The notes beneath the pieces were generated by a model. It was not told the origin of the DNA, made no database searches, and saw only the letters and a list, made by a program, of their open reading frames with translations. The translations under genes were made by a program, and so were the position numbers. This document shows, in pieces, positions 35,878 to 46,016 of a stretch of 60,186 nt of DNA. Source of the DNA: Bdellovibrionales bacterium (GTDB lineage: Bacteria; Bdellovibrionota; Bdellovibrionia; Bdellovibrionales; UBA1609); assembly GCA_022450595.1 (NCBI GenBank), contig JAKUPT010000010.1, forward strand, positions 1-60,186. The letters run 5' to 3'. Numbering within the stretch: the first letter of the stretch is position 1; every line of letters begins with the position of its first letter.

Positions 35878-36846
35878 ATGATCACGGCTCTTTTTCCCGG
35901 ACAAGGCAGTCAATATGTGGGAATGGGCAAGTTTTTGTATGACAACTTTAAATCCACCAAGCTTTTATTTGAAGAAGCCAGTGATCATTTAAAGTTGGAC
36001 TTTAAAAAACTTTGCTTTGACGGTCCCGATGAAGACTTACAACTCACTGAAAATACTCAACCCGCCATTGTATTAGTCAGCGTAGCCACCTATTATTCTG
36101 TTTCTGACAACTTTGATGTTCAACCCCATTTTTTTGCTGGCCATTCTGTGGGGGAATACTCAGCCTGTGTGGCTGCAAATAGCCTAGATTTTAAAGATGC
36201 CATTAAGGCTGTTAAAATTCGTGGAAAAGCTATGCAAGAAGCCGTTCCTGTTTGTGTGGGTGGCATGACAGCTGTTATGGGCTTAAGTCTTGAACAAGCC
36301 ACTCTTCTTTGTGATTGGGTTAAAAAAAACACTGATAAAATTGTAGAGCCTGCTAACGACAATTGCCCAGGGCAGATTGTTTTAAGTGGTCATAAAAAAG
36401 CTCTAGATTGGATGGCTGAAAACTTTAAAGTGGAAAATTTATTTACCCACAACCCTCCAAAGCGAGTTAAGTTTATCCCTTTAAAAGTAAGTGCCCCTTT
36501 TCATTGTAGTTTAATGAATCCAGCACAAGAAAAAATGAAAATCACACTTTCAAGTATGAATTTTAAATCTCCACAATCAGCTTTGTTGCAAAATGTAAAA
36601 GCCCAAACTGTAAATGACTCCAGTGAGATTCAAAAAAATCTTGTAGAACAAGTTTCAGGGGTTGTAAGATGGACCCAAACGATTAATGAAGCTCACTCAC
36701 AAGGCTCAAAGTACTTTATAGAATTTGGCGACAGTAAGGTTTTAAGTGGGTTAAATAAAAAAATAAACTCAGAGCTTAAAACCTTTAACTTACAAAGCTT
36801 AGAGGATATCAAAAATTTAGAGCAAAACTTAAGAGAGGTTTTATGA
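35878..36846 (+). CDS. fabD: Malonyl-CoA:ACP transacylase
   Basis: FPGQGSQ, GHSVGEY and VSAPFH motifs. Confidence 0.96.
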   Translation: MITALFPGQGSQYVGMGKFLYDNFKSTKLLFEEASDHLKLDFKKLCFDGPDEDLQLTENTQPAIVLVSVATYYSVSDNFDVQPHFFAGHSVGEYSACVAANSLDFKDAIKAVKIRGKAMQEAVPVCVGGMTAVMGLSLEQATLLCDWVKKNTDKIVEPANDNCPGQIVLSGHKKALDWMAENFKVENLFTHNPPKRVKFIPLKVSAPFHCSLMNPAQEKMKITLSSMNFKSPQSALLQNVKAQTVNDSSEIQKNLVEQVSGVVRWTQTINEAHSQGSKYFIEFGDSKVLSGLNKKINSELKTFNLQSLEDIKNLEQNLREVL

Positions 36847-37592
36847 TCTTTGCAGAAAGACACAAGGACAAGTGTTATCTAGTGACCGGTGGCAGTCGTG
36901 GCATTGGAGCTAAAATTGCGGAACTATTAGCAGCCGAAGGAGCACGTGTAGCGATCACTTATTCCTCAAGCGCTGCCAAAGCAGAAAATGTACTTGCCGG
37001 CTTAAGAGGCGAAAATCACCGAATGGTACAAATGAAATTGCAAGACGCAGAAAGTGTTCAAGCCGCTTTTAAAAGTGTTTTGGAGGATTTTGGCCAACTT
37101 GATGGTTTAGTGAATAATGCCGGTATTACAAAAGACCAAATATTACTTAGAATGAAAGATGAAGAGTTTGAAGAGGTCATTGAAACCAACCTTAAAGGCA
37201 CATATCTTTGCACCAAACTTGCTATGAAGCCCATGATGAAAAAGCGCTACGGCAGCATTGTGAACGTGACCAGTGTGATTGGACAGATGGGAAACGCCGG
37301 GCAGTCCAACTACGCTGCCTCAAAAGCAGGCATTGAGGGCTTTACCAAGGCCATTGCCAGAGAGGTGGCCTCAAGAAATATTCGTCTTAATTGTGTGGCC
37401 CCAGGCCTTATTCAAACCGATATGACCGGACAATTGTCTGAAGACGTAAAACAACAGATGTTAGATGAAATCCCACTGGCCCGTTGGGGCACACCTGAGG
37501 ATGTGGCACGAGCGGTAAGTTTTTTGCTTAGCGATGAAGCTTCATATGTCACTGGACAAACCTTAAGTGTTAATGGTGGAATGTACATGTAA
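36843..37592 (+). CDS. fabG: 3-oxoacyl-ACP reductase
   Basis: TGGSRGIG, NNAGIT and YAASK motifs. Confidence 0.96.
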   Translation: MIFAERHKDKCYLVTGGSRGIGAKIAELLAAEGARVAITYSSSAAKAENVLAGLRGENHRMVQMKLQDAESVQAAFKSVLEDFGQLDGLVNNAGITKDQILLRMKDEEFEEVIETNLKGTYLCTKLAMKPMMKKRYGSIVNVTSVIGQMGNAGQSNYAASKAGIEGFTKAIAREVASRNIRLNCVAPGLIQTDMTGQLSEDVKQQMLDEIPLARWGTPEDVARAVSFLLSDEASYVTGQTLSVNGGMYM

Positions 37593-37634
37593 TTTAAATT
37601 TTAAAACAAAAAACAAATAGATAAAGGAAATGTT

Positions 37635-37865
37635 ATGCAAGACAAAATTACAAAAATTATTGAAGAGCAACTTGGTGTTGAATCAGATCGTATTAAGCCA
37701 GAGGCGTCTTTTATTGATGACCTTGGTGCAGACAGCTTAGATATTGTTGAGCTTGTAATGGCAATGGAAGAAGAGTTTGAAATTGAAATTCCAGACGAAG
37801 ATGCTGAAGGCTTAAAAACAGTTCAAGATGTTATGAGTTATCTGCAAAATAAAGGTAAAGCTTAA
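37635..37865 (+). CDS. acpP: Acyl carrier protein
   Basis: [14 protein letters not shown] motif. Confidence 0.98.
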   Translation: MQDKITKIIEEQLGVESDRIKPEASFIDDLGADSLDIVELVMAMEEEFEIEIPDEDAEGLKTVQDVMSYLQNKGKA

Positions 37866-37897
37866 TTTACCCTTATAATTTTTTGAAATTTGAATAG

Positions 37898-37932
37898 GCC
37901 TGACAGTTTCAATAAAATTGTCAGGCTTTTTT
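37898..37932 (+). terminator. Intrinsic terminator after acpP
   Basis: GCCTGACA...TGTCAGGC followed by TTTTTT. Confidence 0.8.
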
Positions 37933-37953
37933 ATATGAACTCGGAGGTTTCAG

Positions 37954-39234
37954 GTGGCTGACTTTCTAAAAGACAATATTTACTTAAAAACCCAAAAGCC
38001 GCAAAGGCGTGTTGTGGTCACAGGCATGGGAATTCTTTCCCCTGTTGGTAACTCTGTTTTAGAAAGCTGGGAGAATGTGATTGCGGGTAAAAGTGGTATA
38101 GATAAAATCACCGCCTTTGATGCCTCGTCTTACAGCTCTCAAATTGCCGGGGAAGTAAAAAACTTTAACCCTGAGGACTTTATACATAAAAAAGAACTTA
38201 AAAAAATGGACCGTTTTATTCAACTCTCCATTGCTGCCTCCATGCAGGCCTGGAAAGACTGCGGTCTTGATATTAGTGAAGAGCTTTGTGAAAAAACAGG
38301 TGTAATTATTGGTGTGGGCATGGGGGGACTTCCTCAAATTGAAATACAACATTCTATACAAGTAGACAGAGGCCCCAATCGTATCTCGCCCTTTTTTATC
38401 CCCTCAGTGATCACAAATTTAGCAGCAGGACAAGTTAGTATTAAATATGGATTCAATGGCCCAAACTACTCAGTGACCAGTGCCTGTGCTAGTAGCAATC
38501 ACTCCATTGGTGATGCTTATAGGTTTATACGAGATGGTGTGTGTGATGTAATGCTGGCTGGAGGTGCTGAAAGCACCATTTGTCCTATGGCCGTTGGCGG
38601 CTTTGCAGCTATGAAGGCTTTATCCACACGAAATGAACAGCCAAGCCTAGCCTCTAGGCCTTGGGATCAAAACCGAGACGGCTTTGTTTTAGCCGAAGGA
38701 GCTGCCACACTTATCCTTGAAGATTACGAGCATGCTGCCAGACGTGGAGCAAAAATATACGCAGAAGTATCAGGCTACGGCTTAAGTGCAGACGCCCATC
38801 ATATGACCTCACCTGCACCTCAAGGCAAAGGCGCGGCTCACGCTATGCGAATGACCTTAAATGATGCTCAAATCAAGCCAGAAGAAATAGACTATATCAA
38901 TGCCCACGGTACAAGCACACCTACAGGAGATGGTCTTGAGTGTGAAGCGGTAAAGTCTGTCTTTAAAGAGCATGCAAAAAACCTAATGGTTAGCAGTACA
39001 AAAAGTATGACAGGCCACGCACTGGGTGCCGCCGGAGCCTTAGAGTCAGTGTTTAGCATCATGGCCTTAGAGACAGGTGTTATTCCACCAACAATTAATT
39101 TGGATGAACCAAGCCCTGAGTGTGATTTAGACTTTGTACCTCTTAAGGCAAAACAAAAACAAATCAAACATGCGTTAAATAACAGCTTTGGTTTTGGTGG
39201 CACGAATGCTTGTATTTTATTTTCTAAAATATAA
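37954..39234 (+). CDS. fabF: 3-oxoacyl-ACP synthase II
   Basis: SACAS, NAHGTST, TGHALGA and NSFGFGGTN motifs. Confidence 0.97.
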   Translation: MADFLKDNIYLKTQKPQRRVVVTGMGILSPVGNSVLESWENVIAGKSGIDKITAFDASSYSSQIAGEVKNFNPEDFIHKKELKKMDRFIQLSIAASMQAWKDCGLDISEELCEKTGVIIGVGMGGLPQIEIQHSIQVDRGPNRISPFFIPSVITNLAAGQVSIKYGFNGPNYSVTSACASSNHSIGDAYRFIRDGVCDVMLAGGAESTICPMAVGGFAAMKALSTRNEQPSLASRPWDQNRDGFVLAEGAATLILEDYEHAARRGAKIYAEVSGYGLSADAHHMTSPAPQGKGAAHAMRMTLNDAQIKPEEIDYINAHGTSTPTGDGLECEAVKSVFKEHAKNLMVSSTKSMTGHALGAAGALESVFSIMALETGVIPPTINLDEPSPECDLDFVPLKAKQKQIKHALNNSFGFGGTNACILFSKI

Positions 39235-39235
39235 A

Positions 39236-40900
39236 TTAAATATTGCACTTAATTCTTAATGCTGCTTTGACATCTGTACCATTGAGCTTTCTTGAACAAC
39301 AAAATCTAGCTTTTTGTATTTCAAAACTAGCGGACTGGATCATTTGTTTAACTCTTAAAACATTATCTTTAAGTAAGTAAGAAGACTCTTCATTAATACA
39401 GTTCTTTTGATTTGGAGCATTAATACCTCTGTAACAAACATTACCAAGCTCACCATTAGACTTAACCTGAACAGCACTTGGTATTCCATGAATATCATTA
39501 TTTAAAAATCCATTAGGATTTAATATGTCAATTGAGGTTATATCTCCATTATTGTTTGAATTTACTTTTAATTTTAGTTTATTTTTTGAAAGTACGACTT
39601 CGTTATTTGTGCATTTGTCCACTTGAGGAGCTTTTTGTGAATCTTCAAAGTTTTTCTCTAAGATTGAACAGGTGTATTGTTCATTTTTTAAAGCATGTTC
39701 TTGTTGTTCCCATGGCATATTAAGAAAATCAATAAATTTAGGTGTTAATGCCTCAACGGGCTTACAGCCTCCATCTCCTTTAATCCAATCATGATGTCCT
39801 AGTGTTTCCGAGCATCCAATACCTTTGCCAGCAAAAAACAAGCCCACACCATCTGCGGCCATCATTAATTTCATTCCCGCCTTTGAAGCTAGTAGTCTTA
39901 AAACTTCAGTGAGCGTTTTTTTTGTTCCAGTTATAGATTTATGAAGTATTGACATAGCACTTAACTGCTTTGAAGAGAACTTAACTTTAAGTTTCTCTTT
40001 TTGAGAGTCTAAAAGCATACTGAATTTTATAGCTCTATACTGATATGTATTTGGTGGAGTATATTCTAAACCTTTTACAATGTGTTTATATCTTTTTTCT
40101 AAAGCTGCAGCTAATTCTCTTTCCTTAGGTTCTTTCATAAACTCGCTGGCTAATTGCATTTTTCGCCCAAATTCTTCTTCAGAAACTGGCGACATTCCTC
40201 TATCTACAAAGTCTGCGACGTTCTCTAAAAGTTTTAATAGTTTTCTTTTTCTTTGAAGTTCCTTTTTGTACTCAGTGGACATATTTTCAGTCTCTTGAAG
40301 ACCAATCACTTCATAAGCACGTTGCATATACTTTTCATCAATAGCGTTGAGTTTATCAATGGTGGGACGATCAATGGAGCGCTGGTATCCAGAATAAAGC
40401 TTTTTATAAAATTGCTCTTTATCATCAGCCATCGCAAGCCCAGATATCTTAGCTCTATCATGCTCAGCTAAAGCAAGGTTTACCTGTTGTTCTGTAAGGC
40501 CATCAAAAACTTCTGGATACATTTTTAACAATTCTAAACCAAGTTTTTTGACTCTCTTTCTGTGAAGTTGGGTATGGTGATAAAAATCCTCAATGGAGTT
40601 AACATATTGATTTGAAAGTATGCCTTTAACATCTTTCAATTGATCTAAAGTCTTTCTTGCAGCAACGGTCATTGGACTCACTAAAGACATTTTTTTTTCA
40701 TTTCCGCAACAGCTTTCAGCCTCTGATACTTTATTATCTTTATTAATTTCTTTATGAAAAACCATACGCTGACAATCTTTTAATGAAATGGAATTAGCAC
40801 ATGAAATCTCTGTAGATAGGTGTTGAATTTTTTTAGGCGCATAAAGCATATCGCAGGTTTCAGCAAATATATGGGGGAATATAAATAATAAGATCAGCAT
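39236..40900 (-). CDS. Secreted protein with HD-domain-like motifs and Cys-rich termini
   Basis: Short signal peptide; HTQLH...LAEHDRAK...VADFVDRG pattern (H..HD..D). Confidence 0.55.
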   Translation of the reverse strand: MLILLFIFPHIFAETCDMLYAPKKIQHLSTEISCANSISLKDCQRMVFHKEINKDNKVSEAESCCGNEKKMSLVSPMTVAARKTLDQLKDVKGILSNQYVNSIEDFYHHTQLHRKRVKKLGLELLKMYPEVFDGLTEQQVNLALAEHDRAKISGLAMADDKEQFYKKLYSGYQRSIDRPTIDKLNAIDEKYMQRAYEVIGLQETENMSTEYKKELQRKRKLLKLLENVADFVDRGMSPVSEEEFGRKMQLASEFMKEPKERELAAALEKRYKHIVKGLEYTPPNTYQYRAIKFSMLLDSQKEKLKVKFSSKQLSAMSILHKSITGTKKTLTEVLRLLASKAGMKLMMAADGVGLFFAGKGIGCSETLGHHDWIKGDGGCKPVEALTPKFIDFLNMPWEQQEHALKNEQYTCSILEKNFEDSQKAPQVDKCTNNEVVLSKNKLKLKVNSNNNGDITSIDILNPNGFLNNDIHGIPSAVQVKSNGELGNVCYRGINAPNQKNCINEESSYLLKDNVLRVKQMIQSASFEIQKARFCCSRKLNGTDVKAALRIKCNI

Positions 40901-41029
40901 TTATTAATTATACTAAATATTTCTATACTTACTAAATATTTAATTATTTTTTATTTTTAGCTGTATAAAGTTTTAACAGATCTAAAGTTCTTAAACAGTA
41001 AGATGTAATTTAAAGCGTTAAGCGACTAA

Positions 41030-42157
41030 TTAATTTTTTACAGACTCAATAGCCTCAAGTCTATTACAAAGCCCTGGATACGACCTAATGGAGCGTTGAA
41101 CATCTGCCCGCCTGCAATGAATGTTATCCTCCGTAGTACCATGAAGTTTAATTAAAGCTCTTCTTAAATCATTCTTTGAAAAACCGGCTTTTATTAAAAT
41201 TTCAGCTCCAACAACATCGGCCTCAATTTCAATGACAGGTGTCTTTTGAGCAAACTCGTGTAGGATCATATTAAGATGAGTTTGTTCATCCACTTGCCTG
41301 TAAAATTCATGCTTCTTACCTGTGACTATCCATAATAGCCACTCCATTGTTAGTTGGCCAAAATGACGACTGCCAGATGCTATTAACTGACCTAAAGTTT
41401 TTAAACTATGACCTCTATCTCCATGAGCAATTTCGTGGGCTAAGATTGCTCTTAAGGCATCAGGGTCTTCTTGCAAATCCTCATACAGAGCCGTAGAAAT
41501 AAAAACAGAACATCCGGTATTAAATGCATTTTTAAAGTCTAGCTCTACTAGATAAGCCTGGTAACAGTCCTGCATGCCGTAATCATAGCTATGGTATTTG
41601 ATCTCATCTAAAAGATCATTGAGATGTCTGTTTTGTTTAAAATACTTAGTGCTTTCCTTACCTCTAAGAGCTGCGTCGGCCATACCAAGAGCCATTTTGT
41701 GCTCTTCAATGGCTTGATGACCTTTTAGTCTTTCTAGGTTCTTCCAAATTTGAAAAATAAAATTTTCGTAACCTACTTTTAAAAAAGCAGGAATGTCAGA
41801 CAAGTATCTATAGGTGGTGGGGTGCTGGGACTGATAGTACTCATGGGTGTTTAATAAAGTTTTGTCAAATTTAGGCTTTAAAGACTTATAGGAGTCATAG
41901 GCAAGATCTGCAACATCAGAGCCTAGATAGTTATAATACAAAGAGTAGCCTTTAATGATTTTAGGCTGAAGCTTTGTTTTAAACTCATGTCCCCAATAAA
42001 ACTTAACAAATTCCACTCTAGGAGCAATGAATTCTGACACCTGTTCATATTTTTCAAACACCTGGCCTTGAAGTTTCTCCCAAAAACCAAGTTCTTTTGC
42101 AGATAAATTTAAGCTTGTAAACATTAAGAAAAATACAACAGCAAATCTCATCATCAC
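41030..42157 (-). CDS. Secreted M48-family zinc metallopeptidase
   Basis: Signal peptide; NAF, ILAHEIAH and EIEAD motifs. Confidence 0.8.
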   Translation of the reverse strand: MMMRFAVVFFLMFTSLNLSAKELGFWEKLQGQVFEKYEQVSEFIAPRVEFVKFYWGHEFKTKLQPKIIKGYSLYYNYLGSDVADLAYDSYKSLKPKFDKTLLNTHEYYQSQHPTTYRYLSDIPAFLKVGYENFIFQIWKNLERLKGHQAIEEHKMALGMADAALRGKESTKYFKQNRHLNDLLDEIKYHSYDYGMQDCYQAYLVELDFKNAFNTGCSVFISTALYEDLQEDPDALRAILAHEIAHGDRGHSLKTLGQLIASGSRHFGQLTMEWLLWIVTGKKHEFYRQVDEQTHLNMILHEFAQKTPVIEIEADVVGAEILIKAGFSKNDLRRALIKLHGTTEDNIHCRRADVQRSIRSYPGLCNRLEAIESVKN

Positions 42158-42385
42158 CCCCCCAGTGAAAAAATAAAATTACCCGCAGACTGATGCTTGA
42201 GCCAATAAATGCTGTAAAAGCATTGATTTGAATTAATTTTATGAAGCTTATTTTGAAAAAAAGATGTTTATTGAGCTTAAAAACTCATCATCATAAGTTT
42301 TATCTATAAAAATAATAACCAATTCTTCTTGACCTTCACTGGGTAAGTTCGCTGAAATGAGTTTATAACAACAAGGAGTCTATCT

Positions 42386-42922
42386 ATGAAATACCTAATT
42401 TTATTTTTGAGTGTGTTAATAATCAGCTGCCAACACCACTCCCCTAAATCTTCAAAAGACTGGACAAAGGGATCTTGGGGTGACACTGAATACTCAATGT
42501 ATAAAGGCTTATATTTTTCAGGTCAGCCAGATATGGAAGAGCTAGAACAGGCCATTACAGATGACAACATAAAGGCCATTGTAAACTTAAGACCAAAAAG
42601 CGAAGATCCTAAAGTTTTTGAAAACGAGCTTGAGCTTGCTGGCAAAAAAAATGTGGCTTACTACAACATCCCAATTGATGGCTCAAAAGAGCTTGATAAA
42701 AAGCAAATGGACAAGATTGAAACCGTTGTCAGAAAACACCACAAGAATAAAGAAAATGTCATCATACATTGCAGTTCAGGGCAAAGAGCCATGACATGGT
42801 TTGCGGTTCACCTTATCGAGCACCACAAAATGAGTTTAGATAAAGGTTTAAAACTTTCAGAAAAAGGTGGCCTAGAAAAAGACGGCTTAAAAGAAAAAGT
42901 GAGAACTTACTTTAAAAAGTAA
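42386..42922 (+). CDS. DUF442/BLH-like sulfurtransferase or phosphatase-fold lipoprotein
   Basis: IISC lipobox; SGQP, IVNLR and HCSSGQR motifs. Confidence 0.78.
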   Translation: MKYLILFLSVLIISCQHHSPKSSKDWTKGSWGDTEYSMYKGLYFSGQPDMEELEQAITDDNIKAIVNLRPKSEDPKVFENELELAGKKNVAYYNIPIDGSKELDKKQMDKIETVVRKHHKNKENVIIHCSSGQRAMTWFAVHLIEHHKMSLDKGLKLSEKGGLEKDGLKEKVRTYFKK

Positions 42923-42987
42923 AAACAAGCCCTGCTAGATGTTCTAATGGGTCTGTAAATAATTTTGTGTTTTGTTGACGAAGCCAG

Positions 42988-43014
42988 AAGGCTAGTCAGA
43001 AATTGCTAGCCTTT
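42988..43014. terminator. Hairpin between convergent genes
   Basis: AAGGCTAG...CTAGCCTT. Confidence 0.5.
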
Positions 43015-43037
43015 ATAAATAATATTTAAATTTAAAT

Positions 43038-43478
43038 CTAGTTTTGATTAATCCACTCTATAGGCTCACCTTTGAACTCAATTCCTTTTCTATCAATCGA
43101 GAAGGGAGTAATAGAAATACCCTCACTGGAAGGGCTCATTACAAACCCGTTTATTGACTCCACATTTATTTTTTGACTTGAAGCATACTTTGTTGTTGTA
43201 CTTCTAATTGAGTCTCCGATCCATTCTAATTTCAAAAACTGATTTTGCGAAACATTTATTGGTGATGTTATAATTCTTTCGATACCGTCTATTTGAAGGT
43301 ATTCAGCGCCGTTTTCATGCTCAACAGTGATAGCATTACAATCATACTGCACTATTTTTTGAATTGAACCAGTTTCATCATTTAAATAGGTACCCTGAAA
43401 ACTTGTACATTCGTTCGCGTTTGCAAACACAATATTTGTTAACAGCAGCCCTATACATGCAAATAAAAGATTTTTCAT
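43038..43478 (-). CDS. Secreted hypothetical beta-rich protein
   Basis: Signal peptide MKNLLFACIGLLLTNIVFA; RBS GAGG. Confidence 0.72.
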   Translation of the reverse strand: MKNLLFACIGLLLTNIVFANANECTSFQGTYLNDETGSIQKIVQYDCNAITVEHENGAEYLQIDGIERIITSPINVSQNQFLKLEWIGDSIRSTTTKYASSQKINVESINGFVMSPSSEGISITPFSIDRKGIEFKGEPIEWINQN

Positions 43479-43702
43479 AGTACCTCTAATGTTTATATCT
43501 ACTGGATAATAACATTTTACTAGCTTTGCTGAGCGAGTTTTTGATCTAGGCTGTAATCATTTCTTGCATGTATAAAGACTAGACAAAAAACACGTAACTG
43601 CATGGAATAACATGCTTTTTTAGACCTAAAAACCAATATGATAGGAGTCCTAATATTTGGCACTTTAGTATATCTATAGATCTAATTCGCGCCAATATTG
43701 TT

Positions 43703-43864
43703 TATTCAAAAGAAAAGGTTGATTATTTAATCAGCTCTTCAGTTAACAGCTTAGTGATTAAAGGTGCTGACCATGGGCTTGATATTGATACAGACCTTAT
43801 TCGTTCATTAGATGAGATGAAGAATATCATTTCTAAAACACTAGAGTTTGTTAAAAAGGAATAA
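43703..43864 (+). pseudogene. 3-prime remnant of an alpha/beta-hydrolase-like gene
   Basis: Frame YSKEKVDYLISSSVNSLVIKGADHGLDIDTDLIRSLDEMKNIISKTLEFVKKE* with no upstream ATG. GADH resembles the catalytic His loop. Confidence 0.45.
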
Positions 43865-44431
43865 ATAATATGAAGTTGAAAAATACCTCATTTACTTGAA
43901 TATCTGACCTCCTCACAGATATGGCAACACTATGATCGGAAATTAATATATAATTTAAAGTTGGGTATAAACTGCAAGTTACCCACCTCCTGAAGATTTT
44001 TTCCACAGATGGCCTAGCCCCGCTTAAAGCCGGAGAGGCCTAAAGCTGTAAAATGTCAGCGAAAAGGGTCATAATTCAATATGCTTTACCAGAACTTACC
44101 TTTGAACAGGTTTGTGGATTCTCTGAGAATGATGCTCAATTATAGCTTGTGAAAGATGAAGGAACTCGTTGGTCTAACAAGCTTCCATGACCAAGGACAG
44201 ATAAAATAAACATCAAAATTCTGGTCAAGTTTCTTTGAGATAATAGCCATTCCAGTGAAAATGTCAGGGTGAGAAATCTCTTGCCCCGATGGGAAAAATT
44301 AGCTCGAGATTTGGGGTGCAAGAAGTGACGGCGCTCACTCATACACAAAATTCCGTACAGTCTCGTTCTAATCTCTGCAGGGCTATCTTATGACTTTTAA
44401 AGTTTTAATTAGTATATTTTCATACAAATTA

Positions 44432-45877
44432 TTATTTATTATGTACTAAATATCCATTTGCATAGTACGTATGACTGCGATCATCATCCGGACTAACTGG
44501 TGATCCATAAGCGGCCTCTAGTTTTAAATTGTACACTGTCAAACTTTGATTCCTTATTTGAATAGCATCAGAGTACTCTAATAATTCTGTTCGGTTTTCT
44601 ATACGAATTAACTGATCACCTAAGCCTAAAGCTCCATCCACAATAAATTTATTATGCTCTAAGAATGTTGCTACCGGATTAAAAGACTTCCATTCTTCAT
44701 CTCCTGTATTAGGATTGACAGTTTTCACCGGATGCTCTGAAGTTATAAAGTGGTTGTCGTCATTAAAGGAGTGTAAATATCTATCTCCCAGAGGAACTCT
44801 TTCAATTCCTACCACTTCATTAATGGCTCCACCTTGACCTAATACCAAGTCACCAATTTTAACTTTGGAAATAACAACTTCACTCACCCCATCGGCCATA
44901 AGGATTTTGGTTTCAGCGGTAAAACAACTGCTACCGGCACCACCACCTGAACCCGGATCATGGCGACATCCTGGAGGCCCTCCGGAAATTTTACCATCGT
45001 TACATCTGTATTTTCCACTTCCGCCGCCAGTGTAACGACCACTACAGTGTCTATGATAAGTTTTTGAACTTTCGCCATGTTTTATTGAAATAGTACCGCT
45101 TCTAGTTCTTACATTATTACAATGCCTATAGCATGTTTCAGTTTTTCCATAAATTTTTCCAGAATCACAGTATCCAGCCTTATAGCAAATTTTAGTTCTA
45201 CTATCATAGGGAGTCCTATAACTTTCATTGTGTTCAACAACTTTTTTTGCATCTTTAACAAATCCACAAGATACATGATTTAAAGCAGAACACTTCTCAG
45301 TGCCGTCACTTTGCTTCGTATATTTTCCATCTAAAGTTTCACACATTTGTTTTTTTGTAATTTCAGGCTCTTTAGCACAACTTAAAATTTCTCTAGTTGT
45401 GGGATCTACCGTTAAAAGCACAGTTCCGGCCTGTTGGGGTTTTAGCTCTCCACCTATGAGTTGAACTCTTGGCTTGAAAGTCACCATAAGGTCGGCCTTA
45501 TACTGGTCAGATGTTCCTTGCCTAGATGAATCCTCAATATAAACTCTAGCAATATCTAGATTTTGATCATATTGCTCGCCAGATTTTAATACACGTCCAT
45601 CTTGAAGTCGGAATGTTAAATCCATTCCGTCACCACCGGGGCGTGCTTTTGAGTGATCATAACGTTGCGTGGTACCAGTGATCGCATATTCACATGTGTC
45701 TTCAACAGAAATCATTGTTTGAAGCTCATTAATCAGTACAAAGCTCGACATTTTAACTTCTGTTCTTTTGGTGGCTTTAGTTGACATGACCATCATTTGA
45801 GACAGACCCAGTGTTACAACAGATGTTAGCCCTACCGCCACCATCACCTGAATTAAACTCATTCCTTTATTATTCAT
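44432..45877 (-). CDS. Type IV pilin-like protein with Cys-rich domain and C-terminal Hint (intein-like) domain
   Basis: Class III signal MNNKG/MSLIQVMVAVGL; Hint motifs CFTAETKI, TSEHP, VYNL and YYANGYLVHNK*. Confidence 0.85.
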   Translation of the reverse strand: MNNKGMSLIQVMVAVGLTSVVTLGLSQMMVMSTKATKRTEVKMSSFVLINELQTMISVEDTCEYAITGTTQRYDHSKARPGGDGMDLTFRLQDGRVLKSGEQYDQNLDIARVYIEDSSRQGTSDQYKADLMVTFKPRVQLIGGELKPQQAGTVLLTVDPTTREILSCAKEPEITKKQMCETLDGKYTKQSDGTEKCSALNHVSCGFVKDAKKVVEHNESYRTPYDSRTKICYKAGYCDSGKIYGKTETCYRHCNNVRTRSGTISIKHGESSKTYHRHCSGRYTGGGSGKYRCNDGKISGGPPGCRHDPGSGGGAGSSCFTAETKILMADGVSEVVISKVKIGDLVLGQGGAINEVVGIERVPLGDRYLHSFNDDNHFITSEHPVKTVNPNTGDEEWKSFNPVATFLEHNKFIVDGALGLGDQLIRIENRTELLEYSDAIQIRNQSLTVYNLKLEAAYGSPVSPDDDRSHTYYANGYLVHNK

Positions 45878-46016
45878 AGGCTCTCACTTTTTAAAGATTC
45901 AATTTTATATCAGAATGACTGGTGGTTTTCTAAATAAGGAACATCTCAACATGATACAGAAATACGGTGTTTTTTGATTAAAATTTTGTTAGGCTAATTT
46001 TTAGGAGATCAAGACA

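Noticed and set aside
16052-44140. Genome-wide amber (TAG) recoding
   Set aside because: Only two in-frame TAG cases were seen, one in apparent debris. Core genes are uninterrupted and other genes end plausibly at TAG (for example 23174).
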